Assembly: GCA_013265495.1 (NCBI GenBank)
Contig: MU058584.1
Span: 5,338,508 to 5,402,507, forward strand
Direction: 5' to 3'
Length of the DNA stretch: 64,000 nucleotides
Source: Vicugna vicugna
Taxonomy: Eukaryota
Part shown: in pieces, positions 36,583 to 50,863 of the stretch
How the letters are laid out: every line of letters begins with the position of its first letter
Numbering within the stretch: position 1 is the stretch's first letter
Made by a program: the position numbers and the translations under genes
Notes under the pieces: generated by a model
Databases searched by the model: none
What the model was told of the DNA's origin: nothing
What the model saw: only the letters and a program-made list of their open reading frames with translations

Positions 36583-39500
36583 ATCCACGTCATCTGCCTA
36601 CTGTCCCACATGCTGTGTGGCAGACACACCGCTGTTGCCAGCATACTACACAAAGTCTTAAAGCCAGATGCTAATAGAAGCACTAAACACCATACATTCA
36701 AAATGCAAGGATGCACTTCTAGTCTGCAACTTGGTAAGTAAACAAATACATCATTTGTCCAACAATTATTCTTAATAAGTGCTTATTCTGTGTCAGGCAC
36801 TGGGAGTGACAAGGCAGACAAAAACGCCAACCCCTGTAGAACTTACATTCAAATGGGCAGAGATGTCATTTGTTCAATTTCTGTTATGTGCTAAATCCTC
36901 GACATTAATTATCTCAAATTCCCTCAAAGACAATAAAATATAGGTGTCACTGTCTCCATTTTCAAGATGAGAAAGTTGAACCTCATATGGTTAAGTGGTT
37001 CACAGCATCAGATGGCTGTGTCTCCAAAAACCATGTACTTTCCGTAGCACCACAATGAAATCTATCTGGTTAACACCACAAAGGGGCTTTTAGCAGAAAT
37101 GCTCTACATTGTGTCAGCAAAGGATTTCTTTTTCATGACTAAGACCTGGAAAGATCCCTGAAGGATTGAGGATCTTCAAGTATAAGATCCCAGTGGCCAG
37201 ATGGAAAGATTATGGGCTGCAAGGAAGGGAGAATTTTTGTGCCTATTGACCACAATCCTCTGGATCATCTGGCCAGGGCAGTTACCACTGGGCCTCAGAA
37301 AGTTTTTTTTGGGTTCACAAGTTTACTTTGAACACCAGCTTTACATTAAAACCAGAAGGTCCCTAGTTAATACTGAAGATCCTTCCATCCTTCAATCATT
37401 TATTTAACAAATATTTCTCGAAATTTCTCTGTGCCAAGGACTACACTAGGAACTGTAGAGAATTTGAGGTAAGACTTTTTCTCTGTTCCCACGGAGCTTA
37501 CAGTGCAGTGATAACAACCTCTCCCTAATTCTCCTCCAGCTGCCACGTCTGGGATCCTTTTTCAGACAGTCATCTTTGTCTTACATTTTATGTTTTGAAC
37601 TTTGTATCTTTATTCATGATCCCAATTCATACATCAGTTTGCACTGGTTTTCTGTGTGTTTTTTTTGTTTTGTTTTGTTTTCTAGCAGAGCTATTTCTAT
37701 GTAGGAGTTGGGTACTTGGTGAGACAATATGATTTATTTTTTTAAAAAGAAATGACGGTGATGAGCCAAGATCTTGGGAAAATATTAAAAAGAGTAGGTA
37801 GGTCCTGGGGCAATGGGAGAAAAGAAAAAAAATCCTCGGAAGGTAAAATCGCTGTGATCGTTAAAAAAGTTAGGAACTCACCCTCAAGTAGAGAGAGAGG
37901 AGAAGAGAGTCTTAAAAGAGGAAGAGGAAACTTCCGGAGTGAACTAAAAAGAGTAACTGGGAAGGCAAAGGAAAGACAAAGCACTTAGTGGAACTCTTGC
38001 TCTGTAGGGTTTTCCCACCCTTTGTGGAAGTGCATGTTTGGACTTCATTGAGTGTGGCCGCCCAGGGCATAGTACATCTCAACTTTTTTAAAGAAAACAA
38101 GGGTTAAAGTTTATCAGTTCACAGGTATGGATGTCTTTAGTAGGGGAATACAGTGTATGTCTTACTAAGTTTGGAGGCTTGAAATCAGGCCCAGGGTTCC
38201 ACCCAGGACTCAGTTTTTCATTCAAAAGACCCAGCAAGAAGGCTGTGTCATCCCTTCACCTGGGGACGGGGACGGGGACTTGGGGATGTGGCGGAAGAAG
38301 ACAGCAAGTTACTGGTAACAATCAAGTCTTTGTCTCCTTAAAAAGCCCTCATGCCAAGGTGCTACTGTGGACACACGCTGTTGTATTTCCACATACCCTT
38401 GACTACTTAAGCCTAATGAACAGCTGTCTCCGAATTTTCCAGGGTGTTTTCAAATTGTAAACAGCTAAGTTGTCTTGCCGATTTCTTAAGTTTCAGCATA
38501 TTGAGAGAGTTGGATACAAAGTCTTACCTTAGAGACCAATTCCTGTGCCCAGCGTGGGGGTCTTCACAACTCCCAGCTGTGCTATCTTCCCAAACTTCTC
38601 ACAAACATCATGGTGCTTAACAGACATCTGTGGAGCTTGTTCAACTGAAGATTCCTGAGTCCTATTCAGATAGTCAGTCAGTAGGATGAAGGGGATATGC
38701 CGAGGAATGTGCCCTTTAAAGGAGCTAACCAGGTAAGTCTCATGCAGAGGATTCACGGTCAACATATTGAGAAAATCTGTGTGATTGTATTAGCGTTTGA
38801 GACACATGTGCAGGGGGGACCTTGTTACTCTCTTAGCTAAATTTATGAAGTGCACACAATGTTAGTACAGCTCATACTGTGTTAGAGAGGACACCGTGTA
38901 CCTGCGGCAGGAAAACCTGTGGCTAGGACATTTTCCCTAGTTCTAGACATCAAGGAAGTCTTACTCTGACAGCTTGATAGATGTTATCTAGACAAAAAGG
39001 GAGAGATGAACATTCTAGACACAGAGGGAATAGCGTGCATAAAAGCTTTGTGGCCAGAGGAAGGTCGGAGAGTCTGAGGGGCCGCCAAAAGTTGACTCGA
39101 TCACAGGTAGTCCAGTGTTGGCCCACTCCAGTCAAGAGGTCAAAACTCTAACATTCCATCCTTTTGGAAGGCTGACGTTATTAAAGAATTATGGATCTTC
39201 TGGATGTAGCTCTTAAATTTGCAACTCGATGTGAGCTGCTTTAAGACCCCTTGTCAGTTAACAGGGTAAAACTGGCAGGGTGTCTGGCATGCTGGGTCCG
39301 GACAAGTCACACCCTGCGCCACCACAACTCATACTAAGATTAGGTAACAGCTGTCTAATTCCCACAAGCCCACAGAAAGGCTGGTGGGGATTGAATCCAT
39401 TGTTGCCACAGGAAGTAGAGAAAGGCGGTGGGCAGAGTATCAACAGAACAAGCCGGTGCCAATAGGGCAGAGTCACAGATCAGGCCCGTCGAACTCTATG

Positions 39501-39761
39501 CATCTGTTTTCTGCATACTCTTTTTGAGATCTTTGCCAGATCTGCTCCCCTGCTTCTTCCAGAGTCACTTCCCCTGATCCCAGTGGCCTGGACTTTTCCA
39601 ATGGCTTGTCTTTCTTACCACAAGAATAAGAGATTTGATATTCTCATTGGACAATAAAATGTTAATAATGGCACCCCTCCCAGGATTTGTATTTTGAAAA
39701 AGTTCTAGGAAACAGTAACTCCAAATAACAAATCAGTATGTGTCAAATTTCTCTGCATCAT

Positions 39762-40225
39762 TGTGGCAGAGACAGGGAGAGACCCTATAATTTTTAGCAG
39801 GATCCATGGTGCCCAAAAATAAAGACTGTATTTCTCATCTTCCCTTACAGCCAAGTGTTGACCTGAGGCCAAGTTCTGACCAATGAGATGGGGGCAGACC
39901 TGTCCTACTGCAGTCTCTGGACGGATGTTTCCATAAAAGGAAGTTGGTGCTTATGTCTTTCCTCTTCTTCTTTGTCCTCTCTTCCAGCCTGGCTGGGATG
40001 ACTGCGGTCCTAGGCACCATCTTAGGCCATGAGAGCAAGGGCCACATGGGAGAGAGAGCAAAAGGGTCAGCTGGAAGGGACTCGGCTTCCCGAGGTTGTA
40101 AAGGAATGCAGCCATCTCCCCAGTCTTAGACCAGTTTCCTCTGGACTTCTGAGTAGGCGGGAAATAAATCCTATGTTGTTGAAGCCATTGTTATTTTGAG
40201 TTTCACAGCCAAACCCAGCTCAGTG
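39762..40225 (+). mobile_element. MLT1J-like MaLR LTR
   Basis: tgtggcagagac...aataaagactgtatttc...aagttctgaccaatgagatg...gaaataaatcc...aagccattgttatttt. Confidence 0.7.
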
Positions 40226-40500
40226 ATAGAGCCATCATGGAGATTTTTTTCTTTTCTTTTTTTTCTATTTTAATGGAGGAACATAGTGAAGTTTCTTCTT
40301 GGGGTCCCTCAAATTAGTCAATAATACTCTCCATCTTCATCTGTGTGACTGCTTCTTCTGGTCAACCCAAGGTGAATCATAAGATGGAAAATGAACATGG
40401 GCTCAGGGCACGAGGCCTCAGTTAGCAGCCAGTCCAGCCACTAGTCCTCCAGCCATTTTCTCTCACGGGGCTTCTGCTTCCTCATTTAAAAAACATGCTC

Positions 40501-41008
40501 TGTGAATGAAAGGTGTTGCTTGTCATATTAGTAAACAAAGGATGCTGAAGCCACTACCGCTGCCCCCTGACAGTGAGCCCTGAGGGAATTCAGGATGGAG
40601 ACCAACTGGGCTGCCTGGCTGCCAAGCCCTCAGCCACTGCACCACTCATAACAGTGTACCCAGAGGGCACTCAGGACGGGAAGCCCAGGATACTGGCCCT
40701 AGGTGCTAAGATGCATATCAAAGGAATGATTTCTCTGAGCCCAGAATCTTGTATCTTCCCATACATAGAAAAGCATTAAATTCCTGAACTTGAGATACCT
40801 GCTTTTCTTTAATTAACAGTGATCTTTTGATGTTCCAACTACCTGGTCTTTGTTGCAAAACCTCCTATGTCTTGGCTCCTCCGCTGCCTCTTTGGAGCAG
40901 TCCCTTCAAGCGATCTGAGAGGCTGTCTCCTGGGCTGGAGTCCTCAGAAAGACCGCTGAATAAAACATAATTCTCAACTTTTAGGTTGTGCATCTTTTTC
41001 GGTCAACA
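40501..41008 (+). mobile_element. ERV1 (MER4/MER41-group-like) solo LTR
   Basis: TG...CA termini, 4-bp TSD GCTC/TCTC, AATAAA at 40959-40964, 3' end aataaaacataattctcaactttaggttgtgcat...gtcaaca. Confidence 0.82.
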
Positions 41009-42940
41009 TCTCTAAGCTCTTTTACAAATCCGACAGTTTCTAAGACCAGGCATGTTTCCCCCAACCCATGTGCCCACTCTGCCAGTCAAGGAAATTTGTT
41101 ACTAGGATGAAGAGTTTTCCTCTTACGAACAGCAGGTTTTGCTTTTAAAGTCTATATATTACTTGTTTGGAACTTGCAACATATTTTGTCCACAGATCAA
41201 CAACACGCATGAAAGTTAGGGTCGCAAGCAAATGCCAAAAAGATATTTAATCAACATTCAGTTAAACTACAGTGCTGGGAAATTCACGGGACCAAAACAA
41301 TATGGAGGCGATTGGGGTTGGGGGAGGGAGAAAGTGCTCGATTTTAATTGGAGGAGGGAACAGAAACATCTTTTTCTCCACCCTTGGTGGAGAAGGGGAC
41401 CCTCAGCCCTGGGCTCTAGTGGGGGGAATAATCACCCCCGAGTAACAGCACGTCCCTTTCACATCCAGGTTCCTCTGAAAGCAAAGAAACGGGGAGTCTC
41501 AGGACGTGTCAAATGGGACACACAGGAGATGGCTGCCTAGTTTTCCTGTCTAGTTCTGATTTCATTTGGAACCTGGTCCTGCAGGTAGGAGAAAGGCCGT
41601 TGTCTGAGCATGTCTGAATTCCCCCCACCAGGTTCTCTGCAGAAGCCCTGGGGGAGGTCCGGGGAGGAGGGTGCTCTCTCTTAAGGCAATGGCACTTGAC
41701 AGCGAAGGCTGACTTTTCCTGCTGGCTGCAGAGGCACGGAGCTTGGGCAGGACCTCCCCAGGAGCTCCGCGGTGGAGAAGCGGGGAGGGGCGCACCTGAC
41801 TTCACACGCTGGAGGAAGGGAGCATCTTTTCTTTCCTCCCCTGATGCATGGAGGAGGGTTGGGAATGCAGTCACAGTTCTCTGACCAACTCATCTGCTCC
41901 ATTTTCATTCTTCCTTTAGAAAAGGGAGTTTAGATCCTGTGCCTCTGAGCCTTATCTTTTCTCTATTTAAAAAAAAAAAAAGAAAATCTTGCTCCCAGCC
42001 CAGGGCGTTCCTCCCATCTACCCTGACTAACAGAGCCCACATTTCTGGGCCTTTGCACGCGAGCTTCCCTTCCACCAGCTGTGCCCTTCCCCTCACTTCC
42101 TCTCACAGGCTAACTCCTCTTTGTCCAAATGCCACTGCCTCCAGGAAGCCTTCCCAACTCTCAGGTGGTCCCTCTCCTATGTTCTCTCCTAGCACCCTCG
42201 GCAAATATCAGGCTGTCCCCACGTGAGAGAAGAAGCTGCTTGACTATCTTGGCTTTCCAGGGACCAGCCAAGTGACCCAGCACACGGTAAGGTTTATCAG
42301 TATTCAGTGACTAAGGGCATGAATGTTCCTTCCTCTCTGCTCCTTCTCACAGTGCTGTCAGAATCCTGTTTAGGGCCCACCTCTTCCAAAAAAGAGGCAT
42401 CTCTTGTCTCTAAATTCCTCTTAAAACTCTTGTTTGTGGTCTCCATTGTGGAACACAAACATTTACCACCCAGCATTGTCGTCTGCTCACTCCTGTGTCT
42501 CTGGCCTCATTGACTTGTTTTTCTGCTGCTGAAAGGTCCTGACATCTTCTGTGTCTTTTGTGAGTCCCTCGGTTTCTAAGGCAATTCTATATACACAGTG
42601 GGCAATCGATGAACGATGGATGGAGGAGTACATGCATCCAGGGTAGGCTTCTCTACCTTGTGACCCGGTGAAGATGTACGTTACCTTGGAGAGCTTTTAG
42701 CATAAGGAGCCAAAGAGGCTTTACATGATTACACCCACGTGGTGTCACGAGCCACGCTCGCACTTTCTGTCTGTCCACATCTTCCTTCTGAAGAGGCAGT
42801 TAGGCCTCGTGGTTCGGAGCATGGGCTCTGGAGCCAGGCTGCCTGGGTCTGAATGGCCCTCCTTCTTGCTGGCCTTAGGGACTGAATCCGTATGAAACTC
42901 AGTTGCTTCATTTGTAAAATGAAGGTAATAATAATAGGAC

Positions 42941-43434
42941 CATGTTAGGTTTCTTCAGAGGAACAGAACCAGTAGGATATATACAGATATACGGGAGAAA
43001 TTGTCTCACACTGTTACGGAGACTGAGAAGTCCCGTGATTTGCAACCGCAAGCTAGGGAATCAGGAAAGCCAGGGGCAGGTCAGTCTGAATCCGAAGGTC
43101 TGAGGATCAGGGGGCCGACGGTGTAAGTCCTGGTCTGAGACTGAAAGCCAGGAACGCGCAGCGTCAGTGTGTGAGGGCTGCAGAAGCTGGATGTCTCAGC
43201 GCAAGCGGAGAGAGGAAGAATGTGCCCTTCCTCGGCCTTTTTGCTCCATCCAGGCCCTTGCTGTGCTGCAGGAAGCCCACCCACATTGGTTGAGGGTGAT
43301 CCTGTTTACTCAGTCTCCCGATTCAATGCTAATCTCTTCCAGAGACACCCTTGCAGACACATCCAGAATAATGTTTTACCAGCCACCTGGGCCTCCCTGT
43401 CCAGTCGAGCTGACACATGAAATTGACCATCACA
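42941..43434 (-). mobile_element. MLT2 (ERVL) solo LTR inserted in a MIR
   Basis: ttcagaggaacagaaccagtaggatat...tgacacatgaaattgaccatcaca; 5-bp TSD AGGAC at 42936-42940 and 43435-43439; MIR sequence on both sides. Confidence 0.88.
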
Positions 43435-43474
43435 AGGACCGATCTCATTACGTTGTTGAAAAGGTAATATAACG

Positions 43475-44287
43475 TGGCTTTGTTGTAGGATGCTGACTAT
43501 AGTTCCCTGTGCTCTACGGTAGAACCTTGTTGTATATCTGTCTTATATGTAGTAGTGTGTATCTGCTAATCCCAAATTGCTAATTTATTCCTCCCCTACC
43601 TCCTTTCCTCTTTGGTAACCGTAAGTTTGTTTTCTGTCTGTGAGTCTGTTTCTGTTTTGTAAATAAGTTCATTTGTATCATATTTAGATTTCACACATAA
43701 GTGATACCATGTGATATTTGCCTTTTTCTGTCTGACTTACTTCACTCAGCGTGATAATCTCTAGTCCATTCATGTTGCTGCAAATGGCATTCTTTCATTC
43801 TTTTTATGGCTGAGTAGTATTCCATTGTATATATACACCACATCTTTAGCCAGTCCTCTGTCGATGAACACTTAGGTTGCTTCCACGTCTTGCCTATTGT
43901 AAGCAGCGCTGCTATGGACATTGGGGTGCATGTATCTTTTCAAATTAGAGTTTTCTCCAGATTAATGCCCAGGAGTGGGATTGCTGGATCACCTGGCAAC
44001 TCTATTTTTAGTTTTTTTTTTTTAAGGAATTTCTGTACTGTTTTCCATAGTGGCTGCATGAATTTACATTCCCACCAACAGTGTAGGAGTGTTCCTTCTT
44101 CTCCACACCCTCTCCAGCATTTATTTGTAAACTTTTTAATGATGGCCATTCTAACCGGTGTAAGGTGATACCTCATTGCGGTTTTGATTTGCATTTCTCT
44201 AATAATTAGCCATGTTGAACATCTTTTTATGTGCCTATTGGCCATCTGTAGAAATGGAGAAATGTCTTTTTAGGTTTTCTGCCCATT
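43475..44287 (-). mobile_element. L1 fragment: ORF2 C-terminal cysteine-rich region and 3' UTR, extreme 3' end/poly(A) missing
   Basis: ORF 43940-44245 [38 protein letters not shown]...[20 protein letters not shown]. Confidence 0.92.
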
Positions 44288-47200
44288 ACAGCAATAACTT
44301 TTAGAACGAGGAAGTCAAGTACTCTGGCAGGTAGTGTCAAGTCATGTGACTGGACAGAAGGCCTTCTAGTACTTAGGATGCATGTTATAAATTTCAGCGA
44401 AAGAGGCCTACACTCCAGTGGAATTGTTGGGTGCAATGCCATGTAGATGGTAGGTATGAAAGACTGAATGTTATCATTTATTAATGCAAAAAACACGCTG
44501 TTAGCTAGCTACAATACAGTTTGCCTAAAGGATTTGCTCCCTGAGAGTATGAAATCCTTCTCATTACTTGGTATATAAATGAGTCTAAATTAAGTTGTAA
44601 TCCAGTTTATGCAAAACAATTTTTTTTTGCCTTGTCCTGCTTCCCAGCTCCTCCCTGAAGTAAAACAAATGCAAAGCAGTCTTTCCTTATTTCCTCCCTT
44701 TGGTTTGATGTCTACAGAGTAGCCACATTGAAGTGCAATCTGTTTAGAATGGTGTGGAAAGATGCAGTACCTCAGAAGGAAGAAAATTTGGCAAATTTTA
44801 TAGAGTGCATAAGGTTCTTTGTTCTATGTGTTTGTTTGCCTACCTGTCTGAGCAGGTGTGTCTGTCTCGTGCCAGCCAACAGCAAGGCAGACATTTTAAC
44901 CGCAGGGCTCCCTCCCCAGTATCCCAGGCACGTGGAGGTGGGGTGGGGGAGGAATCCAGGTCTAGGAGGTCAAAGCTGAGGTTTCCCAACGACGTATGAC
45001 CTGGGAAAGTGATCTGTGCCAACCTGACTCCCTCCACCTGGATTGAGACTGAAAGCAAAGTTGGCCTTTGCCAGTTAGCAATGGGAATGCAGCTGACCTG
45101 CGTGCAGGCCGGAGCTGGGCACGGGGAGGGGTGGGGTGGCATCTGAGGGAGTCAGGAGGTGGTGAGAAAGCAGCAGCAGCAGCACACAGAGCACTGCTGA
45201 GGCCCTTCGGTGGGGAATCCTAGAACAAAGATCTCCAGAGCCCAGCCCAGCACCAGCCCAGCACAGCCCCTTCGAGGCCAGCCTGTGAGCCCAGGGGCCC
45301 GGGTCGCCCTGCCCTGACTGCTCCATGAGCTAGACCTCAGGGAGAGGCAGTGTCTCTGTTTTTCGCAAGGTCTTTTTCTAAAACTTTTATCTGGCTTTAG
45401 CGTTAAAGGGCCTTAGCTTAAGAAAACCATAAGGCACAGTGTCAGGAGGATAGTAATTGATTTAAAAAAAGAAAACTAGTGTCCAGATCACACACCAAAA
45501 TGACTCCACTGGACTCCGCAGTCTTCAGAACCAGGCTGCCTGCTTTAAAAAAGGACACAGCAAAAGGGAAATTGTGCAGGGGAAAGGAAGTAGCACAAGG
45601 GAGTTAGAAATCAGCTCGTAAGAGGACTGAGGAACCTGGGGATTTTGTGCTTTGAAAGGTGTCAATATGTGCACAGCCGACACACTGAAGATGCATCCCT
45701 CCAAGAAGAGAACCAAGACTGGGCAGAAGTTATAAGGAGCTAGGTTTTAGTTCAGAATTTCCCAACAGTGGAATATTCCACCGCAAGGTTGGGAGGACAC
45801 AGCCCCTAGGGATGAATTCAACTAGAGGCTAGCTGACCTTGTCCCAGGAGATGGGAGTTTGGACTGGAGGACTTCTGACGTTATAGGCAGCACTATACAT
45901 AGCGAATTCACCCACCGTGACTCCCCATTACCTCCAGGCTCTCAATTAAGGCTGCAGAGAGAAGTTGAAAATTAAGTGGACCATAAAATAGACATTTCCT
46001 CTCATCGCTGGAAGCCTTCAGGCAAATGGTCCAGCAAGAAAGGGATCGTAACATGCCCCCAGATTTTCATCTCATCGACACCTGTCCCTGAGGCCAATAA
46101 GACCATGAATCTCCGACTGTAGAACAATGCAGTGGGACCTCCTCACTCTAAGCTTAGCCCCTCAGAGGAGTGTCTACTTGTCACCTTTTAAGTAGATGGA
46201 AAATTCTGGAAGGAAACTTTATTTTCTAAAGCCTAGAGGATGCACTGGGTGGTACCAGACATTTTTTTTCAAGAGAAAAGCAAACTGAACCTCTTGCCCC
46301 ACACTGGGGAAGTACAAAGAAACAGGTAAACTCTGCAAGCTCTAAGGTAGAACAGCATCCCTCTTGACCTTCATTCCTACCACCCACTGCATCAGGACTG
46401 TTGGCAGAGACCATGCACCTCTGTGGTCCTGCTGGAACAAACAAAACAAAAGTCATATTCTGTGTGTCCTCTTCTCTCTAAGATGGTCACCGCCACCATC
46501 GATACACCTAAAAGCAACTTGGCAAAGGACGGGGCGTGGTGGAGAGAAATCGAGCATGTCTCGCTACATCACTCTGCTTCCTGGATTCAGTTTCCTGACT
46601 TAAAAGCTGAACTTGGAAACAATGTAACAGAAAGCAGTGTTTGGAAGTCTGACAGTTAGGGCCTGGTGACCACCAAAGTGACAAACAGGGAACATGTCAT
46701 TTCCACTGATGGCAGCAGGAATAGCCACCTTACCAAATGGAACTTGCTTTAAAAAAAAAAAGTATTTTTTCATTGTTTTCTTACTATGTCCTCACCCAGG
46801 ACAAGAATTCAATTCCAGAACCAGTGAATCAGGAAAATGCCAGAGTGATTTTAAATGAAAGTAACAGAGAGACATTTCTACATGTCCCCAAGCAGGGTCT
46901 CTGATTTCTATCAGAAACCAGAACCATTCCAGAGAATGACTTGCTTTTCTATCAAAGATGCAGGGATAACTGTGATGGACAGAATGATGTCCTGTGGGAC
47001 GCTCAGGCATCTGTGATGGATAGTTATTAGGGTGCTCGGTCCCGGCTGGCCAGGAGGGCTGTGTCAGGCATCATGCAGGCACTGGGCCACATCTCTGCCA
47101 CCATGACCAGTCAGGAGGCATGTCCCAGGGCTCCTCTCTCCCAGCCCTTGGCCTCTACCACTGAGCTGCGCACTCTCTCTGCTTTCCACTGCAAACAGAG

Positions 47201-50200
47201 ACTGCCTTTGAGCCATTTTCCCCAACACTGCACACAGTTTCTGCTGCCAGGATGAGTCACCATGCAACACATACCCTCACCCCCTCCACTCTGTACTTAA
47301 AATACTCCAGGGCTGGCCGAACAGAACACCGCTGTGAGTGAGCACATGAGGGAACGTGGGATGGGGATCGGCAACTCAGCACCCTCAAGACCCTGCAGAG
47401 CCAACTGCACTGTGTTTGGCCAAGGGGTTCAGAGAGCCAGAAGCCCAAGGGCAGTTCTGTCTCTCCCGATCATCTGGATCTCCCTCATGCCACGTGCCAA
47501 GCTGCGCCCTCTCTTTTGCAGGCAGGTAGCCCTCAGTGTTGGCGTCTCTGATCTTTAGCAGAAGTAGCTGACTGCCTGGGGTTGACGTGTCCCGCCTCTT
47601 CTCCCAGCCCGGCTTCTGACTGGTCATCTTGCTACAAACAAGACTTCCCTGTCCTGCTTTCATCGTGGAGCCCCTCTCTCTGCCCCAGGGTAGAGTCTGT
47701 TTCAGTCACAGCAGCATCTGATGGTTTCCTGAGTTAGACATGTCATCCTTCTCACGCAAACAGAGGTCCCTAATCTCCTTCTACAATTTGCTGCCATTTC
47801 TGCTCTCAGCTTCCTCCTTTATCCACCCACACATGCAGCACCAACCTTGGGCAGAACCAATCACAGTACTCCAGAACCATTCTTCTTCCCCAGCCTGCGT
47901 AGAAAAAGAGATGAAAAAAAAAAAGGTTATTTTTGTCCTGAGCCTCTCAACTGGGTTGATGATTTCTTCCTTCTTTCTGCAGAGAAACACTGGACCTCCA
48001 TAGGCATGGACTGAATAGCTTTCTGAGTTCTTCGTGGTCCACACCTCCCCCACCTCAACCACACAGCCACACACGCCACCTGCCAGCAGCACCCCTCCCC
48101 CTGGAGAACCACACACTCTCGGCTTTCAACCTGCTGCTCCAGCGCCCTTCGCAGAAGGGGCCGCAGAACAAAAGCCCAGCCCAGCACAGCCCAAAGGGAC
48201 ATCGTGTGCTCAAGTTATTCATTACTCAAGTTAAAGGAGGTCACAGAGCAGGAAGCACACTGCAAAGCCAGGGGAAAGGTGGCATAGAGGGTGGGGAATT
48301 AGTCAGGGTGACCTTCCAAGGGAACTCACAGCCCTAGCAGGAGGAGGAATCAGAGTGGGAAGGTGGCAAAGTCCTAGCAACGGCCCCAAGGTTAGACAAA
48401 GTCAAATGGAAATAGCTAATTATAATTAAGCTAGCTACTTAATAGCTCCTGCCAGGCACCAAGCTAGGTGCTTAGCGCTTTCGCACATCTCCCATTTAAT
48501 CCTTGCAACAATGTGTCAGTTTACAGTTGAAGGGACAGCCTTAGAGAGAACAGGCGACTCGCTCAAGGTCACACAGCTAGCAAGTACTGAAGCTGGGAGG
48601 GTAAATGCTGGTCTGTCTTACCTTTCACCAGGTTGCTGTTTTTGGTGACACGGTTAGCTGGGTGAAACAATTCTGGATGGTCCAGTGTGGAAGGTGGAGT
48701 TCCAGTCGGGTTCCCATAGAGCTGAGATCATGTTTTCCAGTGGCAATACCGGGTTTGGGTGAAAACACAGAGGTTCCTGGAAGCCAGGGGGAGGCTGGTT
48801 TAGAATAAGACCCTGCCTTGGTGGTGAAGGCATAACCCTCAAGACTTGTCAGAACCTGGGAAGGGTTTACATGCAGGGGAGGGTGAATGAGCAAAGCTTA
48901 GGGAGGTCAAATTTGAGGGGAGTGAATCCCCCAGAGGAAGATAGTAGGTCAAAGACAAGAGTGAATGCTCATCCTCGCCAGACATAGGAGCAGTCTAGTT
49001 GGCACTTGCCACAGCTCTAGAGAGCTAAGGTAGGACACCTCTTTCTTAAGAAAAAAATGAGGGTTCTAATTAAAAATCATCAAGGAAAGTCTTTTCCCAT
49101 ATACTTTGTTGTACTGCATAGTTCTGCTGGACAAGAGAACAAATGGAAAGAAGGAGCGAGGAATGGAGAAAAGGAGGGGTGGGATCCAGGAGTTTGCACA
49201 AAGAAGGGCATCACCCCTTCCATCACACCCTTATCCCGTCTTCCCTTTCCACCTTTCCCTTTGCTTATCTTTTTTTTTTTTTTTTTCTGATTCTTTCCAC
49301 AGGCTTTCCTGGGTCTTACACATAGTGGGCCCTCCACGAACACATGCTCTGTCCTGGTGGAAACTTCTCCATCAGGTAACTTCTGCTGGGAGGGGACCAG
49401 GGGCATCATATCTACAGGTGCAGCCTCTTCCTGCAGTTCTATGACCAACTTGGGACTTTTTCAACATAAACACTGAAGGGGCAAAGGAGGGAACGGCTTC
49501 CTTCTCAACACACTGTTCTCAAGGTTGCCCTTGACCAAGCCCTATATGTAGCAGGCCCTCTGGGGCTGGGTGGCTGCTTCTGCATTTCAGGAATTTTCAG
49601 GTTTGCCCAGGTCTGGCAGGTGGGTCTTGAGAAGGATTAGTGGAAAAGAGCTCATGCTACATCAATTCAAGCTTAAGCTTGCCCTTAGACCTGCAAGGCT
49701 GACCTTGGAGACAGAAAGGTGACCCTGACAAGCATCCCCTGTATTGGGTTTCTGGATATGGGGTGGGGGTGGGGGGGAATCTCCTTCTCCAGAATGGGCT
49801 ATGTTGCCCCCTGGGGATGGGGCTTCTCTGCAGTGACTGCAGAGGCGCCCCTGCTGATTTCTGCTGTGTCACTGCCTGGAGAGGAACGTGTGAAGCTGCT
49901 TAGAGGTTTAGTGGAAGGAGATGAAACCAAAGAGTTTGGCTTTTCAGCCACAGGGGATAAAGGAGGGGTAGGGATAAAGGGTGCCAAGGATTGCCCTGCA
50001 CCTTCTCGCCATTTGAGCTTGGTTCCCCCGATCCTTTTTAGCCCCGGATATTTTATAGAAGAACGAAGTCGTCGATACCCCCAAGGGGGCATAAAATCAC
50101 GTCCCTGAGAATACTAGCCACCGACTCGGCGCCAAAAGGAGTCCTAGTGGCTGAGTCACGTGCAGACACTGTCGCCTGGGTTTAGACCGGTGTGAGCCGC

Positions 50201-50863
50201 CAGGCAGGCGGTTTCCGAAGGAACGACTCACTGGGGGCTGGCTGGTCGGCCTCCCACACCTCCTACCCCTTCCGAACCCCGGATCCGGGCTGCCGCCCTG
50301 GGTGGGTTTGGCAATTGTCCTGCTTGAGGTGGTTCAGGCCGCCCACAAGGAGTACAGCCCGGCAATCAGGAGCCGGGACTGCCGGCTGGGCTGGCCTGGA
50401 AGGAGAGGGACGGGCCGGAACTGCAACCGCAGTGGTGAGGAGCGCGGAGGGGGCGGCAGGTGCAGGAGCGGAGAGGCGGGGCGGAGCTGGGCAGAGTCCT
50501 TGACTCTCAGGCGTCCCGGAGTGACCTTCCCCCACCCAGCTGGGGCCCAGGAGGTGGGGACCTGGAGCGAAGGGAGGCCAGGAGCGCACGGGTGCGAGCA
50601 AGCAGGCGGGAGGATGCATCGGGACCAGCCCGGCCAGGGTCCCCGAGCGTCTGCCGGGCGCCAGGCGACGCAGGTGTAACGCATCTCACTTCGGAAAGGG
50701 CGGGTTGGTGCCCAGCCAGGAACTAGAAGGGGGCTGCGCGGGGCGGCCCGAGCACCACTCGCAGTCCCCTCCGCCCCTCTCCGTGGCCCCGCTCTCCAGC
50801 CCGCCCCTCACGCCGCCGCCGCGGCTCCTTTGTGCCGGCCCCGCGCCCGCCCCTTCGGGTCCT

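Noticed and set aside
45768..45781. 14-bp perfect palindrome GTGGAATATTCCAC (kB-like)
   Set aside because: A few palindromes with 7-bp arms are expected by chance in 64 kb; no supporting context.
48073..48086. CTCF-like motif ACGCCACCTGCCAG (weaker ones near 41408, 49843, 60508)
   Set aside because: Each has several mismatches at informative positions; cannot be supported without a PWM scan or ChIP data.
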